Assembly (NCBI GenBank): GCA_030390025.1
Contig: CM059432.1
Coordinates: 123,010,001 to 123,074,000, forward strand
Source: Squalus acanthias
Lineage: Eukaryota
Direction: 5' to 3'
DNA: 64,000 bases
Shown here: positions 37,473-49,967 of the stretch, piece after piece
Layout of the letters: each line of letters begins with the position of its first letter
Position numbering within the stretch: the first letter of the stretch is position 1
Position numbers and translations under genes: made by a program
Notes under the pieces: model-generated
Database searches by the model: none
What the model was told of the DNA's origin: nothing
Seen by the model: only the letters and a program-made list of their open reading frames with translations

Positions 37473-37818
37473 GAAATAAAAACAGAAAATGCTGGAAATA
37501 CTCAGCAGGTCAGGCAGCATCTGTGGAGAGAGAAACAGTTAACGTTTCAGGTTGATAACCCTTCGTCAGAACTGGAAAAAGCTGGAGATCAAACAGGTTT
37601 TTAAGCAAGTGCAGGGGCAGGGAAAGGGGGGAGGGGAGGAAAGAACAAAAGGGAAGGTCTGTGATAGGATGGAAGGCAGTAGAGATTAAGAGACATTAAG
37701 AGATGGTGCAAGGCAAAAGGAGATGGTAATGGGACAAGTTAAGAAACAAAAGATGGCACTTGATGGAGTGTAAATGGCACTGGCAGAATGAAAGACAGCT
37801 GCCATGTGGGAGAAAAAA
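37473..37818 (-). mobile_element. Penelope-like terminal repeat / 3' UTR fragment
   Basis: Highly similar to 12718-13050. Confidence 0.85.
37536..37574 (-). ncRNA. Minimal hammerhead ribozyme motif, antisense to RTTN
   Basis: rc: CAGTT-CTGACGA-A-GGGTT-ATC-AACCT-GAAA-CGTT-AACTG; intact core, 5-bp stem I. Confidence 0.7.
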
Positions 37819-38166
37819 AATAAATAAATAAATAAAATGTGGGAGAGAATGTAAGAGGCCTACAAGAGCAGGTGACGCAAAGTGAAAGGAAACTGAAAAA
37901 GAACTTAGAGTGTGAAAAAAAGTCGATGCGAGGCGTTAGAGTGAGAAACATACCAAAGAGAGAGGTGAGACTTACAGAAAAAAATAGAGTTGAGGATGAA
38001 CAGGGGTAAAGATGACAAGCGACCTGTACATCGAGAGAGTGAGCAGACAGATAGGGAGAGAGATATAGCAAGAGTTACTGAGTGGGAACAAGGAGGGAGA
38101 CAGTTGCAGGAAAAGAGAAAAACATTTTTAAATTTTGGTCATGAGCAAATGCCACAAGAGATGATA

Positions 38167-38797
38167 ACATAAGAAATAGGAGCAGGAGTAGGCCCTTCGA
38201 ACCTGCTCCGCCATTGAAATAATTGTGGCTGATCTATCTCAACTCCACCTTCCCTCACTATCCCCATATCCCTTGGTTCCCTTAGTATCCAAAAATCTAT
38301 TGATCTCTGTCTTGATTATACTCAATGACTGAGCATTCACAGCCCTCTGGGGTAGAGAATTCTAAATATTCACAACCCCTCTGAGTGAAGAAATTTTTCC
38401 TCATCTCAGTCCTAAATGGCCGACCCTTTATTCTAAGACTGTGATCTCTAGTTTTAGACTCCCCAGCCAGGGAAAAACTCCTCCCAGCATCTCCCCTGTC
38501 AAACCCCTTAAGAATTTTATGTTTTAATGAGATCACCTCTCATTCTTCTAAACTCTATGGAATATAGGCCTAGTCTACTCAATCTCTCCTCATAGGACAA
38601 TCCCCCCCATCCCAGGAATCAGTCCAGTGAACCTTCATGGCACTCTCTCTAAGGTAAGTATATTCTTCCTTAGGTAAGGAGTCCAAAACTGTACACAGTA
38701 CTCCAGGCCCTATATAATTGCAGGAAGACTTCTTTATCCTTATACTACAATCCTTTTGTAATAAAAGCTAACATACCATTTCCTTTCCTAATTGCTT
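38167..38797 (-). mobile_element. CR1 LINE 3' fragment
   Basis: KILKGFDR...ESKTRDHSLRIKGRPFRTEMRKNFFTQR; tail acataagaaataggagcaggagtaggcc. Confidence 0.88.
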
Positions 38798-39272
38798 ATA
38801 TTTATTTAGCTGAAGTTTGTTATTTCTATGCTGGCATATTATATAACGAGGTATTAACCATTCAACTCTCTGGTACAAATATATTTAATTAATCATGCAG
38901 TAAACCAAAAATACAACAAGTTCTGTATTTGAGAAGATATTGAATAGCTCTTAATTTTTGGTGCTTTTGTGTAAATAACTGTACATGTGATGTTTACCAG
39001 GAATCTTTAAAAAGCCTATATTTGGTGAAATGTATACTTAACATGAATTCGAGCTGAAATACCTTCATAGTAGATGAGGAGCATAAAACAATTCGGTGAT
39101 TTTTATCAGAGGAAAAAACTTAGGTGGAATTAAAAATATTTTGGGCAAGTTAAGAGATTATTGGATGTTACGGTATTCATATATATTGGAAATATAAATG
39201 CTTCCACTAAACTGCTCCAAATTGTTTGTTTTTAAATGTAATATCATTTTTCATGCCTTTGTTTTGTTAAAG

Positions 39273-39363
39273 TTTGGTAAACACTGGTTTACTGGAGAGG
39301 TGCTTGTGGGAGCTGGGAACCCCACTGACTCGCTCGAACCACAACCAGGATATTAAAGCTCAG
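39273..39363 (+). CDS. RTTN: Rotatin coding exon (8th)
   Basis: Acceptor ttttgttaaag, donor gtcagt; 91 nt, phase 2/0, (G)LVNTGLLERCLWELGTPLTRSNHNQDIKAQ. Confidence 0.87.
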
Positions 39364-39614
39364 GTCAGTGTAATATATACTACAGTTTAGATCCTTGATA
39401 TTCATATGAAGAAAGACTCTTGTACAAGAATTGAATTTCTACTACTGACACTACTTCAATTTACAGCAGTCATCCAAAAGGCAGACTCATTATCTGACCT
39501 CAAGTCAACAATGTACACCGGGGGTCCGTGGCCCACTAGGGGTCCTCGAGAAGATTTCAGGTGGTCCGCCAGTTGGTTTGTCCCGTCAATATACAGGGAA
39601 GGCTACTGATGTTT

Positions 39615-42600
39615 CTTCTTCTTCTTCTTAGGCAGTCCCTCGGAACCGAGGATGACTTGCTTCCACACTAAAAATGAGTTCTCAGGTGACTGATGAGTCC
39701 AATGCAGTCTCTGTCACAGGTGGGGTAGACGGTGGTTGAAGGGGCAGGTGGGTGGGGTGCTTGGGTTGACGTGTGCTCCTTCCGCTGTTTGCGCTTGGCT
39801 TCCGCTTGCTCCCGGCGAAGAGACTCGAGGTGTTTGGTGCCTTCCCGGATGCTTCTCCTCCACTTTGTGCGGTCTTGGGCCAGGGATTCCCAGGGTGTCG
39901 GTGGGGATGTTGCACTTTTTCAAGGAGGCTTTGAGGGTGTCCTTAAAGCGTTTCCTCTGCCCACCTGGGGCTTTCTTGCCGTGTCGGAGCTCCGAGTAGA
40001 GCGTTTGATTTGGGAGTCTCGTATTGGGCATGCGGACGATGTGGTCCATTGGAGCTGATCGAGCGTGGTCAAAGCTTCAATGCTGGGGATGTTGGCCTGA
40101 GCGAGAATACTGACGTTGGTGCGCCTATCCTGCCAATGGATTTGCAGGATCTTGCGGAGGCAGCGTTGGTGGTACCTCTCCAGTGCTTTGAGGTGCCTGC
40201 TGTACATGGTCCATGTCTCTGAAGCATACAGGAGGGCGGATATCACTACTGCTCTGTAGACCATGAGCTTGCTGCTGGCTTTGAGGTCCTGGTCTTCAAA
40301 CACTCTCTTCCTCAGGCGACCGAAGGCTGCACTGGCACAGTGAAGGCGGTGTTGGACTTGGTCATCAACATCTGCCCTTGTTGACAGTAGGCTCCCAAAG
40401 TATGGAAAGTGGTCCACGTTGTCCAAGGCCTCGTCATGGATTTTGATAATCGGGGAGCAGTACTGTGTGGCGGGGAGAGGTTGGTAGAGGACCTTTGTCT
40501 TACGGATGTTTGGTGTAAGGCCCATGCTCTCGTACGCTTCGGTGAAGGTGTTGACGATGGTTTGGAGTTCGACCTCAGAGTGTGCGTAGACACAAGCGTC
40601 GTCTGCATACTGTAATTCGACGACAGAGGATGGGACGACCTTGGATCTAGACTGGAGGCGACCGAGGTTGAACAGTTTCCCGTTTGTTCTGTAGATTAGC
40701 TCCTCTCCAGCGGGGAGCTTACTGAGGGTGAGATGGAGTATTGCAGCCAGGAAGATCGAGAAGAGCGTTGGTGCGATGACACAGCCTTGCTTGACCCCGG
40801 TCCGTACGTGAATTGGGTCTGTGGTGGATCCGTTGGCCAGGATCACAGCTTGCATGTCGTCGTGAAGCAGGCGGAGGATGGTGACAAACTTTTGAGTGCA
40901 GCAGAATTTGAGGAGGACACTCCATAATCCCTCACGGTTGACGGTGTCAAAGGCCTTTGTGAGATCAAAGAAGGCCATGTACAGCAGTTGGTGCTGTTCC
41001 CTGGATTTCTCTTGTAGTTGACGCGCGGTGAAGATCATGGGGGAAAAATTCAGTATCGCCCCATTTGGGGCGCAAAGATTAGCGCCTGGCGCTAATTATC
41101 GCCACTGACTGCAAACTTGACTTTTATCGCCCCTGGAGGTGATTGCAGCGCTAAATCAGGCGCTTCACACCTGTCTTATGGCGCAAAGGCCGAGGAGCGA
41201 GGCGCTACCTCAGAGCGCTGGCGAAGCTCATGTAATGTCAGTCAGCAATGGAACACACACACAATGGCACGGGCCAGTTCTTAAAGGGGATGGTTAATCT
41301 TGCTTTCCATCCACATCCTGCTCATTGCAGCCTTGAATCTCGGCCTGGAGAGACCTGCACATCAAATGTGCTGGAAAGAACAATGGAGAGTACCAGGCAA
41401 AGAGCTCAGAGTGCAGCCCCCACAGTCTCTGCTAAAACGAAAAAGGAATGGCAAATCAACATGAACCTGCAAAGTGCTGCTCAATACCCAAAACTCCTTC
41501 ACACAATGTTGAATCTCTCCAGAAGTCTCTCCCCCTCTCTCTCAGAATGCGTAGTTCAAAAATGGCACCAACAATAAAAGGCAGGAAGCGGTCACCTTTA
41601 AATAGCGCTCCCCCTTTCCCTTCATGACTGCAGAACGCTCCCCTCAACCTGTCGTTGCTAGCGTCAGGCGGTAAGGCAGGGGGCGCCACTCAATATCCGC
41701 TCTGGGGCGATACCGGGGCGTTGCGCACTCGAGTGACGTCATGATCTGCCGGCGCAGGAGATCGTGGCGGTTGTGTTTAGCGCCGCCGCAAAATGTCTAG
41801 TTAATTTCGCGAGCGGCGCAAACTTCGCCGCGCCTGGGCGCAAGATGGTTTGCGCCCTCTTAAGGCGCTAACGGGAGGCGCAACCAACTGAATTTTTAGC
41901 CCCGTGTCTTTTGTGCCTCTTAGTGGGTGGAATCCACATCGCGACTCTGGGAGGAGCTCTTCAGCCACTGGGAGAAGGCGATTGAGGAGGATTCTTGCAA
42001 TGACTTTCCCTGTAGCAGACAGCAGGGAGACTCCTCTGTAATTACCGCAATCGGACTTGTCACCTTTCTTGAAGATGGTCACGATTACGGTGTCTCTGAG
42101 ATCACCTGGCATGCTCTCCTCCTTCCAAGTAAGATAAATGAGTTCATGTATTCGCGCCAATAGTGCTTCTCCGCCATGTTTTAGTGCCACGGCAGGGATT
42201 CCATCTGCTACTGAGGCCTTGTTGTTCTTCAGTTGTCGGATGGCCTTTTCAACCTCATGCCGGGCTGGGGTTATGCTGAGATGGTGGTGGGTAGCATGCT
42301 GCGGGATGGAGTTGAGGACACTCACATCGAAGACAGAGTCTCGGTTAAGGAGATCTTCGAAGTGCTCCTTCCAGCGGGCACTGACTGCCTCTCTGTCCTT
42401 GATGGATACCTCTCTGTTCTTGGCCCGCAGTGGGGTAGGACCTTGGGTGCTTGTGCCATAGATCGTCTTGACTGCACTAAAGAATCCACGCACGTCGTGG
42501 TTGTCGGCTAGCTGCTGGATCTCCTGCGCTTTCTCCACCCACCATCTGTTCTTTAGGTCGCGAGGTTTTTGTTGGACCTCGGCCTTCAGGCATCTGTAGA

Positions 42601-43928
42601 GCTGCTTTCATGCTCTCGAGTTCTGTTGCTGTTTCCAGATCAGGGATGCCTTGCGCTTGCGGCTTATTAGCTCCAGGATCTCCGGGTCATTCTCGTCGAA
42701 CCAGTGTTGGTGTTTCCCGGTCGAGTGACCGAGCGTCTCTTCACAGGTGCTGATTATGGAGGCCTTGAGTGCAGACCAGGCGCTGTGGACACTGTGTCTC
42801 TGCATCATTGGGAGTCATCGGGTTGGTTGTGAGGCGCAGGCTGAATAGGGCTTTCTTAGCAGGGTCTTTGAGTGCTCCAGCGTTGACTTTCCTGCGGCAT
42901 TGCTTCTGTTGCCGCTGCTGTTTTGAGGCTACGTTGATGGAGATGACAGAGCGGATTAGGCGGTGGTCTGTCCAGCAGTCGTCGGCTCCTGTCATGGCGC
43001 GGGTGATGCGGACGTCCTTGCGGCCCCTCGCTCGGACGATGTCGTAGTCCAGCAGATGACAGTGCTTGGAGCGAGGGTGTTACCATGAAGCCTTGTACCT
43101 GTCTCTCTGACGGAATAAGGTGTTGGTTATGGCAAGGCCATGTTTGAAGCATTTCGTCAGGAGGATGGTACCATTGGAGTTGGCTTCCCCTTCCCCCTCT
43201 CTGCTGATCACACCTCCCCAAAGGTCTGTTTCCTTTCCAACTCTGGCGTTGAAGTCGCCAAGGAGGATCAGCTTGTCGCCCGTTGGGACTCTGGACAGGG
43301 ATTGTTCGAGGCTGGAGTAGAATTCCTCTTTGGTCTTGTCTGTGGCTTCCAGTGTTGGGGTGTAAGCACTGATGACCGTAGCGCACTGGTTCTGGGCTAG
43401 GGTGAGCCGTAGAGTCATGAGGCGTTCGTTTATTCCACAAGGAGAGTCTCTGAGACGTTCAACTAGCTCATTTTTTATGGCGAAGCCTACCTCCATGGAG
43501 GCGGCGTTCTTCTTCAGGTTTGCCTTTCCAGAAGAAGGTGTAACCACCACCTTGCTCCTTGAGCTGACCTTACCCTGCCCGCTGGGTCTCACTTAGGGCA
43601 GCGATGTCTATGTCGAAACGTCTGAGCTTCCGGGCAATGATAGCAGTACGGCATTCCGGTCTGTCGCTGTTGGGGTTGTCCATGAGGGTCCTGATGTTCC
43701 AGGTCCGAACTTCATTTTAAAGGGTGGAAGATGCCAGTGCGTGAATTCTTTTAACGTGGGACCTGCTGGAAGGAGAGTGGAAGACAGTATAAGTATGTTT
43801 GTGTGTGTGTGTGCTAGGCCGATCAAGCAGAGCCTGGTCTCCAATCATCTTGGATCCCCTTGCCATTGGACCAAGACCTTGCTCTGTCAAGCCTGTGTGG
43901 TAGCTGGTGTGCAACGGCCACCCCACGT
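39615..43928 (-). mobile_element. Near full-length RTE-clade LINE (EN + RT, disrupted)
   Basis: 11-bp TSD TACTGATGTTT (39604-39614, 43929-43939); (AAG)n 3' tail; EN motifs ISAYTPT, LLGDFNA, TDHRL; RT motifs GVKQGCVIAPTLF, QYADD; frameshifts; MITE insertion. Confidence 0.95.
41040..41903. mobile_element. Harbinger-like MITE inserted in the RTE RT domain
   Basis: ATG|GGGGAAAAATTCAGT ... ACTGAATTTTTAGCCCC|GTG; the second RTE copy shows the empty site gaagatcatgtccatt at 50505-50520. Confidence 0.9.
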
Positions 43929-43962
43929 TACTGATGTTTATGGCATAAACATCAGTAGTCTC

Positions 43963-44010
43963 CCCTGTATATTGAGAAGAGTAGAACCCTGTATATTGAG
44001 AAGAGTAGAA
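43963..44010. repeat. Perfect 24-bp tandem duplication
   Basis: CCCTGTATATTGAGAAGAGTAGAA twice. Confidence 0.95.
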
Positions 44011-45112
44011 TAGTCTCAGCGATACAAAGACTGTGCATGCGCAGTCAAAACAGGTTCTTACTGTTGGACACCATTTCTAAGGTTAAACAGGTCCCTTTGC
44101 ATGTCATTGACTTTTACAGCAGTATTTATCTCTAAGTTTTTTTTTGATCCAGCCCTCTTCGCTTCCACGTTCATAAACCACTCACTGCTTTTAACTATTA
44201 AATAAAATAGTGGGAGTTATAAGGTTTCTTCAGGGGATTAAAACCTGAGTTGGAGATGGGAAAATCCGTGAGTTAATCCGGCGTTGCATGGGCCGAGGTA
44301 GCGGACGCCTTCCTTTCAACCCTTTTCTTTCCCTCGTGCGGAGCCGCCCTGTGTTGATTAGAAGCCGCTCGTGCGTTTGATGAGACCGTTTTTTTCCCTG
44401 GTGTTTGAGACAGGGAGGAGCACCGTCAATGGAGAGAGAGTGTGCGCGCCATGTGGCTTTGGAGGGGGTGATAGGTGGGGTGGGAAGAAAGAGACTTTCC
44501 AGTCTCTGGGCCTGTGATATGGCTGTAATAATCTGGCTCCAGTGTGACTCTGTCCTTCAATGTCTTCAGTCTGAGTTAATAAAATAGCTGAAGGCGTTAT
44601 CACGATTTTTAGTTCTCACTAGCAACAAGTTTCACATAAAACAAAAATAATAATAAATAAAAATGCTTAATTGTATAACTAATTTTTATGCCGAAAAAAT
44701 ACTTGTGTTGTGTTACAGGGGGTCAAGGGAATTTTTATAACACTGGATGGTGTCCTCGGAAGCAAAAAGGTTGAGAACCCCTGATCGAGACCATTATTAC
44801 AGTCTCCACATCTCATATCATCTTTCTTTTTGTGGCTAACAAACGCCAACCAACGATCCACTCTGAATAGAAACACATTTGCCTTGCGTCTTGAAAAATT
44901 GACTTTTTGTTTTTTTACTACTCCCCAAATACTCTGACATAGTCCTGACCAATGTTCCCTTGACCTTCTGCAACAGTGGACCTGACCACTCCCATCCCAG
45001 TTTTGTGGAGACAGCAGCACCTCTATCTTCCTCCTTAATCCCTTACTGTTCCTTTTAACTTCCTGCTTTTTCTCAACTATTTCATTTTCACCCAACAACA
45101 TCCACAGCATAA

Positions 45113-46856
45113 CTCATAGAATCATAGAAAGTTACAGCATGGAAGGAGGCCATTTCGGCCCATGGTGTCCGCGCCGGCCAACAAAGAGCGATCCAGCCTA
45201 ATCCCACTTCCCAGCTCTTGGTCCGTAGCCCTGCAGGTTAGAGCATCCCAAGTGCACATCCAAGTACTTTTTAAATGTGGTTAGGGTTCCTGCCTCTACC
45301 ACCTTTTCAGGCAGTGAGTTCCAGACCCCCGCAACCCTCTGGGTGAAGAAATTTCCCCTCAAATCCCCTTCCACCAATCTTTTTAAATCTGTGCCCCCTA
45401 GTTTTTGACCCCTCTGCTAAGGGAAATAGGTCCTTTCTATCCACTTTATCTATGCTCCTCATAATTTTATACACCTCAATAAGGTCTCCCCTCAGCCTCC
45501 TCTGTTCCAAGGAAAACAGACCCAGCCTATCCAGTCTTTCCTCATAGCTAAGATTCTCTACTCCTGGCAACATCCTTGTAAATCTCCTCTGTACCCTCTC
45601 TAGTGCAATCACATCTTTCCTGTAATGTGGTGACCAGAACTGCACGCAGTACTCTAGCTGAGGCCTAACTAGTGTTTTATACAGTTGAAGCATAACCCCC
45701 CCTGCTCTTGTATTCTATGCCATGGCTAATAAAGGCAAGCATTCCGTATGCCTTCTTAACCACCTTATCTACCTGGCCTGCTACCTTCAGGGATCTGTGG
45801 ACATGCACTCCAAGGTCCCTTTGTTCCTCTACACTACTCAGTGTCCTACCATTTAATGTGTATTCCCTTTCCTTGTTAGCCCTCCCCAAATGCATTACCT
45901 CACACTTCTCCGGATTGAATTCCATTTGCCACTGTTCTGCCCACCTGACCAATTTATTGATATCTTCCTTCAGTCTACAGCTTCCTTCTTCAGTATCAAC
46001 CACACAGCCGATTTTAGTATCATCTGCAAACTTCTTAATCATACCCCCTATATATATCCCACTGGAAACAGCCTTCCAGTCACAAAAACACCCATCAACC
46101 ATTACCCTCTGCTTCCTGTCTCCGAGCCAGTTTTGAATCCAACTTGACACTTTGCCCTGGATCCCATGGGCTTTTAACTTCGTGACCAGTCTGCCATGTG
46201 GAACCTTATCAAAAGCCTTGCTAAAGTCCATATACACTACATCAAACGCACTACCCTCATCTACCCTCCTTGTTACCTCCTCAAAAAATTCAATCAAGTT
46301 TGTTAGACACGACCTTCCCTTAACAAATCTGTGCTGATTATCCTTGATTAATCCGTGTCTTTCTAAATGAAGATTTATCCAGTCCTTCAGAATTCTTTCC
46401 AATAATTTTCCCACCACCAAGGTTAGGCTGACTGACCTGTAATTACTCGGTGTATCCTTTTCTCCCTTTTTTAAACAAGGGTACCACATTAGCAGTCCTC
46501 CAGTCCTCCGGCACCACACCTGAAGCCAGAGAGGATTGAAAAATTACGGTCAGGGCCTCTGCAATTTCCTCTTTTGCTTCGCTTAACAGCCTGGGATACA
46601 TTTCATCAGGGCCTGGGGATTTATCCACTTTTAAAGCTGCTAAACCCCTTAATACTTCCTCTCTCACTATGTTTATTTCATCTAATATTTCACACTCCTC
46701 CGCCCCCGATAGCAATGTTTGCTTCGTCCCTCTCCATTGTGAAAACAGATGCAAAGTATTCATTAAGAACCCTACCGACGTCTCCCGCCTCCACACACAG
46801 ATTACCCTCATGATCTCTAATAGGCCCTACCCTTTCTTTAGTTATCTTCTTACTCA
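45113..46856 (-). mobile_element. CR1 LINE (5'-truncated, RT remnant with internal deletion)
   Basis: KSPGPDEMYPRLL, NYRSVSLT, VYMDFSKAFDKVPH, KFADDTK, YKTLVRPQLEYCVQFWSP; the PQGSVLGP block is missing near 46056. Confidence 0.95.
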
Positions 46857-47475
46857 TGATGCAAGTTGAAATGCAACATTGAAACCTGTGTCACCCTAAT
46901 ATTATAAACCTCTAGCTTCATGCATCTGAGGCTGCCTTTACACTACAAACGTCAACATTGGTACAAAACAATTTCCTCTTTCCACCAGCGCTAACCTTAT
47001 GGAGTGTAAATCCAGAGTTAGGACCTGACCTAACTCTGGAGCAAAGCAAAGTAAGAATTCCTGCTCTGACATTGGGCTTCATTCTGTGAGTCCATCTTTG
47101 TGTTTCTGGCAGCGGATGCATATTGGAAATTTGGGCATAGGCTGCGCATCATTTTCTGACCATTCAAATTAATGCGCAAAGTCTGAAAATTACCCATTAT
47201 AATTTGGCCAAAGTGGAGATGTTTCAAATGAGCACAATTATGCTCTTGTATCTTGCATAAATAATGAATGATCTTTCACAATTCACCAAGTCCTACCACT
47301 TGTACGTTATCCCATCAATTCATGCATGAAGGAGCAATTTGAATGCTGCAGCCCACGGTCCATTTACCACAGGTGTACAGTCGACCTTGTGTGTTTCTAC
47401 TGTGGGATTTTTAAGTTGATATCTAACACTGAGATTTTGTTGTGCAGTGTATATAATTATTGTGTTTCTCTGCAG

Positions 47476-47629
47476 GTTTTGACCCACCTTCAGTATCTGT
47501 CCTCTCTTTCTGGCCTAATCCAGCCGTGTTTGATCTTGCATCCAGAGTACATAACCCAAGATGACCTGTTAAAGCCATTGTTGTCAAATATATTCACAGT
47601 ACTTTGTATACGGTGCAAGGACTATTTTG
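47476..47629 (+). CDS. RTTN: Rotatin coding exon (9th)
   Basis: Acceptor tttctctgcag, donor gtaata; 154 nt, phase 0/1, VLTHLQYLSSLSGLIQPCLILHPEYITQDDLLKPLLSNIFTVLCIRCKDYF. Confidence 0.92.
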
Positions 47630-47829
47630 GTAATATACTTAAATTTTTCCTCTTCTTTCCCCCGTGAAGTGCCCGTGTATGTTCTCTGGTATATTTTTTG
47701 CAGTTATTGAAAAATATCTGCATGTGTTTTCCTTGTTGCTTTTGTGAGAGAAAATTAAATTGGATTCAACTGTGAGGAAGTTATTTAGTCTAGAAAGTAC
47801 CCTTGTTATTATTTTTCATCATAGTTGTT

Positions 47830-48195
47830 TCAACAATAACAACTTGCATATTAAATGTCTTTAACGTAGAAAATACAGTGCTACACAGAGGTGTAATCAC
47901 AAAATGGCCGGTGAGCCTTAAAGAAGGAGAACAAATTAGGAAGGGCGGTGTGTTTTAAGGAGGGCCTTAAAGAAGGAGAACGGTGGGTTTTGGGGAGCGA
48001 ATTTCGGAGCGTGTGGCCGAGGGGGCTGAGCGCACGCCCACCAATGATTGGGTGAATGGAAGGGGGAGATGCACAAAAGGCCCGGGAAGGAGAAATGGAG
48101 TGTTCAGATTGGGATTTGTAGGGCTGCAGGAGGTTACAGAGATGAGGCTTTGAAGAGATTTAAACACGAGGATGAGAATTTTAAATTTGAGCCAT
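47830..48195 (-). mobile_element. Degraded L2 3' fragment
   Basis: Collinear with 55020-55420. Confidence 0.65.
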
Positions 48196-49491
48196 TTAAA
48201 ATTTCAGCAACTTTTGATCAGCTCCAATATAAAAAGTGATTGAATTCTTACAAGAACCTTTTTTTTTTGTATAAAAGCTCTGTCTATTAGAATCTTTAAA
48301 AAAGTGGACTATAATAAAACCAGAGAAGAAAAGCTCCCCCTAATCAGATAAAATTGACACCACAGCCCTGATATTTACAGGGAGGTTGTAGGGTAGCGCC
48401 AGCCAGGCGGAGATGCGGAGGTCCTGCTGAATTTAACGGCAGGACCTCAATATAACTTTTTCTTTTGCTTCCCGCCCAGTAGCCAGCCTAATTGACAGGC
48501 TGGCCAGCTGCCGGGCGGGCAAACCTTTCATTCCTCAATGGATGAAAGAGAGTGATCAAACCTTGTGCTGTACATGCCTGAATGATGAAGTGCAACAACC
48601 TTCCTGCCTCTGCTGGGGTTGATGTTGCGGATCATTGTGGTTATTTTTACACAGCAAAATCTGCCTCTGTTGTGTTATTTCTGCCTGACAAAATTAACTT
48701 TTGCCTCTTAAGTACCTTTTATGGTTTCCCCATCCTATGATAAAGTTCATAAATGTGCAGCTACGAGTTGTCGAACGGTTTCACATATGCTAAGTAGGTG
48801 TAGCTGCCACCATCATTTGAAGTTGCATACCTCAAACCCAAGCAAACAAAATAGATTTAAAGGCATCAGAAATGTAGAATTACTCCTGTGGAAAAACTGA
48901 TTACTTTTGCTACGAATTAAGAAGTAAAAATAATAGGCTTGTATTTATAAAAACCCTTTTTCACATTGGAAGATCTCAATGTGCTTTATTCAATGAATTT
49001 ATTTTTGGAGTGCAGTGACTGTTGTTATGTAGGCCAATCTACTTACCTGCACTTTAAATATTTTAGTATTAAATCTTTGTCAAGGACATTTCAGTTTCCC
49101 CTGTGAATGTTTATCTTCCATGGTGCATGTGGATAAATGTACCAGGAAAATTGGTTTTAGTCTTAAATCAATAATACTGCTTAGCTTTTATAATTAGTTT
49201 TCACTAAGAATGTCAAACCATACCAGCAAACATAAAAGTTTAGAGCTATAATACAGTTAGGGAGACAACTGATTATTAATTATATAAACAAAGCAGATAT
49301 GAATGTTTGTAGTGCTCTGGGTACTTGCTTTCAAATATAACACTAAACATTAGCAAAGGGTTTTGCATAAATAGGATAAAGTCAGAACACGACATGTTTA
49401 TTGTTACTCAGCAGTGGCTGTTAATAACTGGAAATCGTCTTTTTAAACGAGTGATTTTTCAATGCCAACCCAATAACTATCTGTGTTTCAG

Positions 49492-49629
49492 ACTGTCAGG
49501 TAATATCTGCTATCTACCAAGCGTGGACAGACTTGTTTTTCCTTTTGAACACAATTCTACGGAAAAGTGGTCAGGCTACATTCCCAGCTGTCGTAACTGC
49601 TGCGGCAAAGCAGTGGGATGCTCTCATAG
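49492..49629 (+). CDS. RTTN: Rotatin coding exon (10th)
   Basis: Acceptor tgtgtttcag, donor gtaata; 138 nt, phase 1/1, (D)CQVISAIYQAWTDLFFLLNTILRKSGQATFPAVVTAAAKQWDALI. Confidence 0.92.
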
Positions 49630-49967
49630 GTAATATAAACCAGCTAATTTGTGCATTCTCTGTATTCAGGAGATTAGATTTCCCCCCCCCCCCCTTGGGT
49701 ACTTTGTTTCACTGGTGCCCACATTAGTTAATGTACCATTTCCATGTGCGTGTCTTAAAACAGTATATTTTAGGAATAAATTTGAATTGCTTAACCAAAT
49801 TTTAATCCATACAGAACAAGTATTATTCCTATTGTGTTTTATTTCAGATTTACACATAGAATTAATATAGCAGGGACATTACACAGAGTTTGATAGTGTT
49901 TAACACCAGTGTAGCAGCACCTGGCTGATTTGGTCTGTTGCCTTGCACATCACCCCCTCAGCCTACC

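Larger units (their letters stand above)
39517..44783. mobile_element. hAT(Charlie)-like non-autonomous element interrupted by the RTE
   Basis: Right end aaaaaggTTGAGAACCCCTG (rc CAGGGGTTCTCAA); GGGGTCC-type subterminal repeats at both sides (39520-39570, 44717-44760); left TIR missing. Confidence 0.55.

Noticed and set aside
49492..49505. Internal cag|gtaata at the start of an RTTN exon as alternative site
   Set aside because: Use would shift the frame by 8 nt; the upstream AG gives the correct phase and protein.
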